NCBI GenBank assembly: GCA_041662665.1
Contig: JBAZSC010000001.1
Coordinates: 257,511-321,510 of the forward strand
Direction of reading: 5' to 3'
DNA: 64,000 bases
Origin: Patescibacteria group bacterium
GTDB taxonomy: Bacteria > Patescibacteriota > JABMPQ01 > JAQVVF01
Shown here piece by piece: positions 18,925 to 28,066 of this stretch. The notes under the pieces were generated by a model. That model was not told the origin of the DNA. It worked only from the letters and a program-made list of their open reading frames with translations, and ran no database searches. The position numbers were made by a program, and so were the translations under genes. How positions within the stretch are numbered: position 1 is the stretch's first letter; each line of letters opens with the position of its first letter.

Positions 18925-21900
18925 ATGTTAAAAGATCTTAATACAGAACAACTCCAAGCCGTCAAACACGAAACAGGTCCACTACTTATCGTTGCCGGCG
19001 CTGGCACAGGAAAAACAACAGCCATTACTAAAAAATTGGCTTATTTAATTTTGGAAAAAAAAGTAAAGCCAGAAAATATTTTAGCGTTAACTTTTACTGA
19101 AAAAGCAGCTGCTGAAATGGAGGAGCGAGTAGACAAATTAATGCCTTATGGTTATACAGATTTATGGATTGAAACCTTTCATGGTTTTTGTGATCGAATT
19201 TTAAAAGATAACGCCTTAGATGTTGGCTTAGACCCAAATTACAAATTATTAACTTCTGCAGAACAATGGATGTTCATCAAATCCAAAATTTTTGATTTTG
19301 ATTTGAAATATTATAGACCATTAGGCAATCCTAATTCATTTATTTCAGAATTAATCAAACATTTTTCTCGCGCTAAAGATGAAAATATCTTGCCAGAAGA
19401 TTATTTGAAATTCGTCAAAAAACTATCCGCCTCCGCTCCTGCGGGAGCTTCGGCGGACAAAGAAACCATAGACAAAATGTCAGAAGTTGCCAAATCTTAC
19501 AAAAAATATCAAGAATTAATGGTCGCCGAAAGTCAGATGGATTTTGGTGATTTAATTATTGAAACATTAAAATTATTTAAAAAAAGAAAAAATATTCTAA
19601 AAAAATATCAAAAACAATTCCAATATATTCTAGTTGATGAATTTCAAGATACTAATTTTGCCCAATATCAATTATTGCAACTTTTAGCACCGCCACAAAA
19701 TAATTTAACTGTTGTCGGCGATGATGACCAATGCCTGCCTCCTGATTCCAAAATTGAAACAAAAACTGGAATAAAGAAAATAAATAAAATAAAAAAAGGA
19801 GAATTAGTTTTATCAGCAGTGGGCAAGGGACATACCTCTTATTATCAAGTTAATAAAGTTATCAAAAATAAAAAAAATGCTCGTTTCCTAAATATTTCAA
19901 CAAAAAATGGAAATAAAATTACAATTACTGATAATCACAAAATGTTTTGCTTTGTACCTTTAAAATCAGATAAAAAATATTACTATGTTTATTTAATGGA
20001 AAAAAGAAATTTAGGATATAGGCTTGGCATAACTAACGATTTAGCGACGCGATTAAGATTAGAACGAGGGGCTGATCGAATTATTGGTATTAAGTCCTTT
20101 AAATCAGAAATTGAAGCAAGATATTATGAAACATTGCTTTCATTAAAATATCAAATTCCTTTAACCTGTTTTTGTTTCCGTCCTGGAGTTTTTATGAATA
20201 AGGAACTGTTAGAAAAACTTTACCAAGAATTTGATACTTATAAAAATGCGGAAAGATTAGCCAAAGATTTAAAAATTGATTTATCAGCTCATCATTTTGC
20301 GTTAGATGCAGTTAATCGCGGTAGCAGTTTAAGAATAAAAATCATAATTGAACAGTGTTACCGTAAACATGTTAGCAAAGTCAGAAGAGGCATCCTTTTT
20401 GGACCCAAAATCAGTCATTCTGTAATAGTAGAAACATCGGACAAGAAAACTATTGAAACACTAAAGAAAAATGGTTTTAATTTAAGAAAAGCAAGAAAAA
20501 ATGGTTTTAGGTTTAAATATACAGATCAAGATTTTCAAAAAGTTGGACAAATCGCTTTAAAATTAGAAAAAATTACAGGCGGTATTTTAGAAACCAGATT
20601 TGAAGTTGGCGCATTAAATATTAAACACCGAAAAGCCTTGATGATGCCAGCCAAAAATTTGCTTGTTGGACATTTTTTACCTGTATTAAAAAAAGACAAT
20701 AAAGAAATTATTTATGATGAAATAATTGATATCAAAGAAAAAAATAAGACTAGCAATGTCTATGATTTAGAAATCGAAAAAACACATAATTTCATTGCTG
20801 ATAATATTGTTGTGCATAATTCTATCTATAAATTTCGCGGCGCTTCTGTTAGCAATATTTTGCAATTCCAAAAAGATTTTCCCAAAAGCAAAAAAATAGT
20901 TTTGACAGAAAATTATCGATCAGTTCAGCCAATTCTCGATTTAGCATATAATTCAATTCAATTAAATAATCCAGATCGGTTAGAAGCAAAATATAAAATC
21001 AATAAAAAATTAAAATCACAAATTAAATCTAAAAGCGATTTAGCAATCAATCATATCCATAAGGCAACATATGAGCAAGAAGCAGTTGATGTCATCAAAA
21101 ATATTATTAATCTAAAACAAAAAGATAAATCAACTTGGTCAGATTTTGCAATTCTAGTGCGCGCAAATTCTTCTGCTGAAATATTCATCAATCTTTTATC
21201 TTCAAAAAAAATTCCATATCAATTCATTGCATCTCGCGGACTTTATTCTCGCCCAGAAATTATGGATTTAATTTCGTATTTGCGTGTTGTTGCAAATTTT
21301 TATGATAATATTAATTTTTATCGCGTTTTAAGTTTGCCAATTTTTAAATTAAATTCAGAAGATATAATTAGACTTGTTGCCTATAGCCGTCGTAAAAATT
21401 TAAGCATTTTTGATTTAGCTTGCACACCAAGTCGAATTGTCGGACTGAATAAAGATAGTGTTGAAAAATTTAAAGTTGTTGTTGAACTAGTTAAAAAACA
21501 TGCAAAACTTAGTTTGGAAAAAAATGCCGCTGAAGTTTTGTTAGACTTTTTAAAAACATCCGGTTATTTAAAATATTTGCAAACCAATAAAGATTTAGAA
21601 GCAGAAAAAAAGATTTTGAATATCTCATTATTTTTCAAAAGAATCCAAGAATTGCAGGAAAATAAAAAATTAACTGTTCCAGAATTTATTGATCAATTAG
21701 ATTTGATGATTGAAGCAGGCGAGGATCCATCGCCAATCCAATTAGATGAAGGCCCAGATTCAATCAAAATTTTGACTATCCATTCTTCAAAAGGATTAGA
21801 ATTTGATAATGTTTTTGTCGTCAATATGGTTGAAGGAAAATTTCCATCTCGAAACAGAAAAGATTTAATTGAATTGCCAGAAAAATTAATTAAAGAGCAA

Positions 21901-22902
21901 TTGCCAGATTCAAATTCCAATATTCAAGAAGAAAGAAGACTATTTTATGTAGCAATGACTCGTGCAAAGAAAAGGTTATTTTTTACATCTGCCAATGATT
22001 ATGGCGGAAAAAGAAAAAAGAAAATTTCTAGATTTTTAGTTGAAATTAAAAAACATTTTGATAAAAATTCCGCGTTTTCTGCGTTAGATTCTGCGTGTTT
22101 CCGCGATAACAATATTTTAACGCAGAATAACGCTGAACCTAACGCAGAAAACGCGAAAAAGAAAATAAGATATTCTTTACCAAGTAAATTTTCATACACT
22201 CAGCTTAAAGCATTTGAAACTTGTCCGCATCAATACCGTTTCCGCCATATTATTGGTTTGCCAAGTTCAGGCGCTTCTTCTCAAAGTTATGGAAAAACAA
22301 TGCATGCAGTTTTGCAAAACTTTTTCGCTGATTTGCAAAAAGGAAAAAGTCCGACAGAAAAAGATTTATTAAGTTATTATGACAGTTTTTGGATCGATGA
22401 TTTTTATCAAGACAAAAAGCACGAACAAAAAAGATTTGAAGAAGGCAAGAAAGCTTTGCAAGAATTTTACAAAATAAATAATAAAAATTTAAAAGCGCCG
22501 TTATTTTTAGAAAAAGGCTTTAACCTAAGAATTAAAGACACATGTCTAAAAGGCCAGATTGATCGCATTGATAAATTAGATGATGGCACAGTTGAGATCG
22601 TTGATTATAAAACAGGCAAATTGCCAAAGAATGAAAAGGAAGTAGAGAAAAATGAGCAATTATTGATTTATTCTTATGCCTGCCAAAAAGTATTAAATTT
22701 AAAACCATCAAAACTAAGCCTTTATTTTATTGACCAAAACAAAAAATATTCTGCTAAACAAAATTCAATTAAAGAAGAAAAGATAATTCAAAAAGTCCAA
22801 GAACTAATTGCTAAAATTAAAGAATCAGAATTTATTGCCAAGCCAGGCTTTGCATGCAAATTTTGTGACTATAAGGATATCTGTGAACATGCTAAACATT
22901 GA
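18925..22902 (+). CDS. UvrD/PcrA-type helicase fused to a C-terminal PD-(D/E)XK nuclease (AdnB-like), intein-containing
   Basis: AGAGTGKT, VDEFQDTN, GDDDQ|SIYKFRGA, TIHSSKGLEF, EERRLFYVAMTRA; GQIDRID..IVDYKTG; CKFCDYKDIC. Confidence 0.93.
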   Translation: MLKDLNTEQLQAVKHETGPLLIVAGAGTGKTTAITKKLAYLILEKKVKPENILALTFTEKAAAEMEERVDKLMPYGYTDLWIETFHGFCDRILKDNALDVGLDPNYKLLTSAEQWMFIKSKIFDFDLKYYRPLGNPNSFISELIKHFSRAKDENILPEDYLKFVKKLSASAPAGASADKETIDKMSEVAKSYKKYQELMVAESQMDFGDLIIETLKLFKKRKNILKKYQKQFQYILVDEFQDTNFAQYQLLQLLAPPQNNLTVVGDDDQCLPPDSKIETKTGIKKINKIKKGELVLSAVGKGHTSYYQVNKVIKNKKNARFLNISTKNGNKITITDNHKMFCFVPLKSDKKYYYVYLMEKRNLGYRLGITNDLATRLRLERGADRIIGIKSFKSEIEARYYETLLSLKYQIPLTCFCFRPGVFMNKELLEKLYQEFDTYKNAERLAKDLKIDLSAHHFALDAVNRGSSLRIKIIIEQCYRKHVSKVRRGILFGPKISHSVIVETSDKKTIETLKKNGFNLRKARKNGFRFKYTDQDFQKVGQIALKLEKITGGILETRFEVGALNIKHRKALMMPAKNLLVGHFLPVLKKDNKEIIYDEIIDIKEKNKTSNVYDLEIEKTHNFIADNIVVHNSIYKFRGASVSNILQFQKDFPKSKKIVLTENYRSVQPILDLAYNSIQLNNPDRLEAKYKINKKLKSQIKSKSDLAINHIHKATYEQEAVDVIKNIINLKQKDKSTWSDFAILVRANSSAEIFINLLSSKKIPYQFIASRGLYSRPEIMDLISYLRVVANFYDNINFYRVLSLPIFKLNSEDIIRLVAYSRRKNLSIFDLACTPSRIVGLNKDSVEKFKVVVELVKKHAKLSLEKNAAEVLLDFLKTSGYLKYLQTNKDLEAEKKILNISLFFKRIQELQENKKLTVPEFIDQLDLMIEAGEDPSPIQLDEGPDSIKILTIHSSKGLEFDNVFVVNMVEGKFPSRNRKDLIELPEKLIKEQLPDSNSNIQEERRLFYVAMTRAKKRLFFTSANDYGGKRKKKISRFLVEIKKHFDKNSAFSALDSACFRDNNILTQNNAEPNAENAKKKIRYSLPSKFSYTQLKAFETCPHQYRFRHIIGLPSSGASSQSYGKTMHAVLQNFFADLQKGKSPTEKDLLSYYDSFWIDDFYQDKKHEQKRFEEGKKALQEFYKINNKNLKAPLFLEKGFNLRIKDTCLKGQIDRIDKLDDGTVEIVDYKTGKLPKNEKEVEKNEQLLIYSYACQKVLNLKPSKLSLYFIDQNKKYSAKQNSIKEEKIIQKVQELIAKIKESEFIAKPGFACKFCDYKDICEHAKH
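19732..20820 (+). mobile_element. Intein (363 aa) in helicase motif III, with internal GIY-YIG-like domain
   Basis: Begins CLPPDS, block B ITDNHKMF, block F VYDLEIEKTHNF, ends VVHN followed by Ser; removal restores GDDDQSIYKFRGA. Confidence 0.93.
22068..22157. repeat. TTCTGCG/CGCAGAA inverted array, in frame inside the helicase-nuclease linker
   Basis: 90 nt encoding SAFSALDSACFRDNNILTQNNAEPNAENA; homologous to intergenic 32555-32643. Confidence 0.85.
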
Positions 22903-22947
22903 TTTTCGTCAGTAGACAATTCCAATTTTTTTCGTTATAATAGCAAT

Positions 22948-23024
22948 AGATATTCGGATATTATGATATTCGGAAATTGTTTTGATATCGACAATATCCG
23001 CAATATCTCAATTTCCGAATATCT
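22948..23024. repeat. Inverted 8-mer array (GATATTCG/CGAATATC)
   Basis: gatattcggaaattg pairs exactly with caatttccgaatatc. Confidence 0.8.
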
Positions 23025-23037
23025 TAAATATTAAATA

Positions 23038-23415
23038 ATGACACTTCGTTCTTATCTCCTCGGCATGTTTCTATCCACAATCGTCTGCTGGCTTGCTTTC
23101 GGTCTGATTTTGTATTATGTTAATCCATTCAATACTGGAGCATTAGGATTGATTGCTTTTTATATCAGCTTGTTTTTTGCAAGTATTGGAACTTTAACTA
23201 TTGCAGGTTTTTATTTGCGTGTCTGGTTTTCCAAAAACGAAATTTTATTCGCTCATGTCAATCCATCTTTTCGTCAAGCAATTTTATTGTCAATCATTTT
23301 AGTCGGCTCATTAGTTTTGCAAGCGTTTAGATTATTAACTTGGTGGGATGGTGCATTATTTGTTTTAAGTATTGTGCTAATAGAATTTTATTTTATATCG
23401 CGCAATACTGCTTAA
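23038..23415 (+). CDS. Small 4-TM membrane protein
   Basis: Four hydrophobic helices; SFRQA and LTWW motifs. Confidence 0.75.
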   Translation: MTLRSYLLGMFLSTIVCWLAFGLILYYVNPFNTGALGLIAFYISLFFASIGTLTIAGFYLRVWFSKNEILFAHVNPSFRQAILLSIILVGSLVLQAFRLLTWWDGALFVLSIVLIEFYFISRNTA

Positions 23416-23431
23416 GTTTATTTTTAAAAAT

Positions 23432-23824
23432 ATGGACAATGAATATGGTCAATCTATAGAGGAAACAGTATTGGAAAAAGAAAAACCAACTGAAAAAGAA
23501 TGGGAAGATTATAAAACAGAAATTGAAAATTTTAGAGGACAGATTTATCAAAAAGCTGAAGAAGTTTTAGGAAATGACGATGGTGGTGATTGGGTTTTTC
23601 GCAAAGTGCAGGATTTTACATATGATGTTTCAGCAAATATCCCAAACTATCGTTTCTTTATTGCTTTTCATGGGTTGATTGGTAGTGGCGTCAGTATTGA
23701 AAAAGTTCCGTTTTTAGATTTGCCATCGCCATACAATGTTAAAGATTTTTGCAACAAACTTTTACTTGAGCTTGATGACAAAGAAAGTTGCCAAAAATAT
23801 TTGCGTGAAAGAAAAGAAAAATAA
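23432..23824 (+). CDS. Hypothetical acidic protein
   Basis: 130-aa ORF in operon orientation with Glu-rich N-terminus. Confidence 0.6.
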   Translation: MDNEYGQSIEETVLEKEKPTEKEWEDYKTEIENFRGQIYQKAEEVLGNDDGGDWVFRKVQDFTYDVSANIPNYRFFIAFHGLIGSGVSIEKVPFLDLPSPYNVKDFCNKLLLELDDKESCQKYLRERKEK

Positions 23825-23881
23825 AGAATTATATATATTAGCATTAAGTTAAAATTCATTAATTAGTAATACATAAAAATT

Positions 23882-24127
23882 ATGTCATTTGACGAAAAAG
23901 GACCTAGCGCACAAGAAGTAGAACCAAAGAAAAAATTTATGGTTAGAGCTGAAATGGAGGCTTGGGGAAAAGATGGTTCCGCAATTGACGATTTATGGCG
24001 AGAAGTTAATATAGAGGTTGAAGCAGAAGATGACGATGATATTGATGACGAAATCGTAGACAAGCTTTTTGACATGGATTTTGGAAACGCAAAACCGACA
24101 GGACGTTTTGAAAAAACTGAAATTTAA
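23882..24127 (+). CDS. Hypothetical acidic protein
   Basis: 81-aa ORF, very acidic. Confidence 0.55.
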   Translation: MSFDEKGPSAQEVEPKKKFMVRAEMEAWGKDGSAIDDLWREVNIEVEAEDDDDIDDEIVDKLFDMDFGNAKPTGRFEKTEI

Positions 24128-24150
24128 TTAAAACTTATTTGTGAAAATAT

Positions 24151-25173
24151 ATGAACATAACAGAATTAAAACAGCAAGCCTTAACTGAAATCCAAAACGC
24201 AAATTCAACACAACTGGTTGAGCAAATTAGAATTAAATTTTTAGGCCGAAAATCTGGTTTGCTTACAAAAATAATTCAAACCTTGCCAACATTAAATGTT
24301 GATCAAAGAAAAAAACTTGGTTCGCAAAGCAATCAAGTTAAGCATGAAATAAATCAGGCTTTGAATAATAAAATTATTGCTTTGAAATCAAAAAGCCATC
24401 AAACTGGCGAATTTTTTGACACAACCTTGCCAGGCATCAGACCAGAGATCGGACATTTGCATCCTATTACATTAGTTTCGCGCGAAGTTGAAGAAATTTT
24501 TAAATCAATGGGCTTCGAAGTCCATGAAGGTGCTGAACTAGTTACTGATTATTATAATTTTGAATCATTAAATATTCCCAAAGATCATCCAGCACGAGAT
24601 TCACAAGATACTTTTTTTGTCAATTTTAAACCTGAAGAAAAATATGTCATGCGTACCCAAACATCTGCAATGCAAGTGAAGATTATGGAAAATAGAAAAC
24701 CTCCTCTCAAAATAGTAGTCCCAGGACGCTGTTTTCGAAATGAATCAACTGATGCATCTCATGAACATACTTTTTATCAATGCGAAGGTTTTATCGTTTC
24801 TGAAAAAATTTCTGTCGCTAATTTAATTTGTACTCTAAAAGAATTTCTAAAAGCCTATTTCAAAAAAAATGATGTTAAAGTAAGACTCCGTCCAGGATAT
24901 TTTCCTTTTGTTGAACCAGGCTTTGAGCTTGATTTTCAATGTGCAATTTGTGGTGGTAAAGGCTGTCCTGTCTGCAAACAAACTGGCTGGGTAGAATTAA
25001 TTCCTTGTGGCATGATTCATCAGAAAGTTTTTCAATTTGCAGGTTATCCAAAAAACAAATATACAGGTTTTGCTTTTTGTATAGGTTTAACAAGATTAGC
25101 GATGATGAAATATGGAATTAATGATATCAGATTATTTATGGCTGGTGATTTAAGATTTATAAATCAATTTTAA
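24151..25173 (+). CDS. pheS: Phenylalanine-tRNA ligase alpha subunit
   Basis: GHLHP, HPARDSQDTF, MRTQTS, RPGYFPFVEPG. Confidence 0.97.
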   Translation: MNITELKQQALTEIQNANSTQLVEQIRIKFLGRKSGLLTKIIQTLPTLNVDQRKKLGSQSNQVKHEINQALNNKIIALKSKSHQTGEFFDTTLPGIRPEIGHLHPITLVSREVEEIFKSMGFEVHEGAELVTDYYNFESLNIPKDHPARDSQDTFFVNFKPEEKYVMRTQTSAMQVKIMENRKPPLKIVVPGRCFRNESTDASHEHTFYQCEGFIVSEKISVANLICTLKEFLKAYFKKNDVKVRLRPGYFPFVEPGFELDFQCAICGGKGCPVCKQTGWVELIPCGMIHQKVFQFAGYPKNKYTGFAFCIGLTRLAMMKYGINDIRLFMAGDLRFINQF

Positions 25174-25174
25174 A

Positions 25175-25555
25175 ATGCAAAAATATAATGGGAAAATTTT
25201 TACAGGAATTGGTGATTTTTCAAAAAAAATGTCTGGCATACCAGGATTAATGCAGGCGTATGAAAAAAAATTAGGAATTAAACTCTATCCTGGTACCTTG
25301 AACGTTAAAATTGAAAAGCCTTTTTCCTTCCCCAAAAAAAGAATGAGGTTGGAAAAAGAAGAATATAAAGGTAAAGTATCAATAAATATTTTACCTTGCA
25401 AAATAAATGGCGTAAAAGCCTTTATTTTAAGAACTGATAAAAACGAAGAAGAAAAAGGAATTTATCCTAAAACAGTTTTAGAAATTGCTAGTGGTTTTCG
25501 ATTACGGGATAAATTAAATATTAAAGATGGCGATGAAGTAATAATAGAAATATAA
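25175..25555 (+). CDS. CTP-dependent (archaeal-type, DUF120) riboflavin kinase-like protein
   Basis: GKIFTGIG, LGIKLYPGTLNV, LEIAS..RLRDKLNIKDGDEV. Confidence 0.8.
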   Translation: MQKYNGKIFTGIGDFSKKMSGIPGLMQAYEKKLGIKLYPGTLNVKIEKPFSFPKKRMRLEKEEYKGKVSINILPCKINGVKAFILRTDKNEEEKGIYPKTVLEIASGFRLRDKLNIKDGDEVIIEI

Positions 25556-25568
25556 TTTTATAACGATT

Positions 25569-27902
25569 ATGAAAATATCTGTTAATTGGCTAAAAGACTA
25601 TGTTAAGATTTCTGATCCACAAAAAACTGGAGATGATTTAACTATGTCCATTGCTGAAGTAGAAGAAATCGAAGATCTTTCTCAAAAATTTTATGGCATA
25701 ATCATTGGCGAAGTTATTGAAAAAAAGAAGCATCCAAATGCAGATCGTTTGAATTTAGCAAAAGTAAATATAGGCAAAGAAATTTTAGACATTGTTTGTG
25801 GCGCTCCAAATTTGGAAGAAGGCCAAAAAGTTCCAGTTGCTGTCATTGGCACAAAATTACAAAATGGCATGGTTATCAAACCAGTTGCCATCAGAGGCCA
25901 AAAATCTTTTGGCATGATTTGCTCTGAAGAAGAATTGGGCTTAGCCAAAAAATCAGAAGGCATTTTAGCTTTGGACAAAGGCGCAAAAGTCGGTGAGGAA
26001 TTCAGCAAATACCAGAATTTAGACGATATTATTTTTAATATTGATAACAAATCATTAACTCATCGATCTGACTTATTTTGCCATATTGGTATTGCCAGAG
26101 AAATTGCAGCAGCAGAATCGAAAAAATTATCTTTGCCAAAATTACCAAAAATAAAAAAAGTTAACAAAAAAATTGCAGTTGAAATCAAAGACAAAAATCT
26201 TTGTTTTCGCTACATGGCAATTAAATTAGACGATATTAAAATAGGGGAATCGCCATTGTGGATGCAATCAAGACTAACTTCAGCAGGCATGCGACCAATT
26301 AACAATATTGTTGATATTACTAATTATGTCATGTTGGAATTCGGCCAGCCATTACATGCTTTTGATGCTGATAAAATTGGCGATAAAATTGTAGTTCGCA
26401 AAGCCAAGAAAGGCGAGAGCTTAAAAACAATTGATGCCAAAGTTAGACAGTTAGATTCTGAAATGTTAATTATCGCAGATTCCAAAAAACCAATTGCAGT
26501 TGCTGGTGTAATGGGAGGATTTGATTCTGAAGTTTCCAAAAATACTAAATCAATAATTTTAGAATCAGCTAATTTTTATGCTTATTCAATAAGACAAACA
26601 GCCAGAAAATTAGGTTTGCATTCTGAAGCTGCAACAAGATTTGAAAAAAATATTGCCCCAGAATTAGCTTCTTATGCAATGCTTCGAGCTGTCCAATTAT
26701 TCCAAGAAATTTGTAAAGCTAAAATCGCAAGTTCAGTCAGCGATGTTTATTCCTCAAAACACAAAGCAATCAAAATTAAATTGGATCCAGAAAAAGCAGA
26801 TGAATTTTTAGGCGAGAAGATTCCTTTATCAAAAATCAAATCAATTTTAAAATCATTGGAATTCAAAATTACTGGCACAAAGAATTTAATTGTTGAAGTG
26901 CCATATTTCAGAATGGATATTCATAATCAAGAAGATCTATTTGAAGAAATCGCCAGAATTTATGGTTATGACAATATCAAGCCTCAAGCTTTAATCCAAA
27001 TATTAGAACCAGTTGCCAATTTAGCAGATTTGAAATTAGGAAATAATGCCCGAGATATTTTAGCTGGTTTTGGTTTTTCTGAAACTTACAATTATTCTTT
27101 TGTCTCGCAGAATTTATTGCAAAAATCAGGATTTAATTTTACGCAAAATATAAAAGTCTTGAATCCGCAATCAAAAGATCTGCAATATTTGCGTACTTCG
27201 CTTTTACCAGGTTTATTAGAAAATGTTCGCTTAAATTCCAAAAGATTTGAAAGCATTAAAATTTTTGAAATCGGCCATGTTTATCAAGATATCGAAAAAA
27301 AATATTTATCTGGAATAATTAGCGGTAAAAAAGAAAAAATATTTTATAATCTAAAAGGTGTTTTAGAAGGCTTGTTAATAAAATTAAATATTACTTGCCA
27401 ATTTGCCCAATTAGAAGAAACACCAAAATATTTAATTAACGGCAAATCAATCGAAATAAAGCAAGGACAAAAAATAATTGGCAAAATGGGATTAATTAAT
27501 CAAAACAATCTTGATCAAATGGGAATCAAAAAAATAAAAGTTGCTTTCTTTGAATTAGATATTAATGAATTAGTTGATGCATCAAAAAAAGACAAGAAAT
27601 TTCAGGCTATTCCAAAATTTCCAGAAGTTACGTTAGATCTTGCATTTATCTTAGATAAAACAATTCCTGCAGCAACAATTGAAAGAGAAATTTTAAAAGC
27701 TGGTCATCCATTATTGATAAAAGCAAAATTATTCGATGTCTATACTGGCAAGCCATTACAGTCAAATGAAAGAAATTTAGCCTATCATCTAATTTATCAA
27801 GATCCAAACAAAACTTTGCAGGATCAAGAAGTCAAAATAATTCAACAAAAAATTATCAATCAGCTTAGCCAGAAATTCCAAGCCAAGGTCAGAAAACAAT
27901 AA
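25569..27902 (+). CDS. pheT: Phenylalanine-tRNA ligase beta subunit
   Basis: HPNADRL, IVCGAPN, INNIVDITNYVMLEFGQPLHAFD, LRTSLLPGLL. Confidence 0.97.
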   Translation: MKISVNWLKDYVKISDPQKTGDDLTMSIAEVEEIEDLSQKFYGIIIGEVIEKKKHPNADRLNLAKVNIGKEILDIVCGAPNLEEGQKVPVAVIGTKLQNGMVIKPVAIRGQKSFGMICSEEELGLAKKSEGILALDKGAKVGEEFSKYQNLDDIIFNIDNKSLTHRSDLFCHIGIAREIAAAESKKLSLPKLPKIKKVNKKIAVEIKDKNLCFRYMAIKLDDIKIGESPLWMQSRLTSAGMRPINNIVDITNYVMLEFGQPLHAFDADKIGDKIVVRKAKKGESLKTIDAKVRQLDSEMLIIADSKKPIAVAGVMGGFDSEVSKNTKSIILESANFYAYSIRQTARKLGLHSEAATRFEKNIAPELASYAMLRAVQLFQEICKAKIASSVSDVYSSKHKAIKIKLDPEKADEFLGEKIPLSKIKSILKSLEFKITGTKNLIVEVPYFRMDIHNQEDLFEEIARIYGYDNIKPQALIQILEPVANLADLKLGNNARDILAGFGFSETYNYSFVSQNLLQKSGFNFTQNIKVLNPQSKDLQYLRTSLLPGLLENVRLNSKRFESIKIFEIGHVYQDIEKKYLSGIISGKKEKIFYNLKGVLEGLLIKLNITCQFAQLEETPKYLINGKSIEIKQGQKIIGKMGLINQNNLDQMGIKKIKVAFFELDINELVDASKKDKKFQAIPKFPEVTLDLAFILDKTIPAATIEREILKAGHPLLIKAKLFDVYTGKPLQSNERNLAYHLIYQDPNKTLQDQEVKIIQQKIINQLSQKFQAKVRKQ

Positions 27903-27904
27903 AA

Positions 27905-27945
27905 CCCGCCTTCGCTCCTCGTCATTTGGAGCTACGGCGGGCAGG
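27905..27945. repeat. CCCGCC...GGCGGG palindrome (same family as 19426-19457)
   Basis: cccgccttcgctcc...ggagctacggcgggcagg. Confidence 0.7.
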
Positions 27946-28026
27946 CAAAAAAAACAAGACCTAAAAAGTCTTGTTTTGTATTAGAAAAAGTATTCGCTGT
28001 ATTCGAAAATTTATTAGAGTGAGACC

Positions 28027-28052
28027 AAAAAAAAGACCGACGTAAATCGGTC
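28027..28052 (-). terminator. Intrinsic terminator of the DHH-like cassette
   Basis: Reverse complement gaccga-tttacg-tcggtc followed by T8. Confidence 0.75.
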
Positions 28053-28066
28053 AAAAAAGGTGCAAC

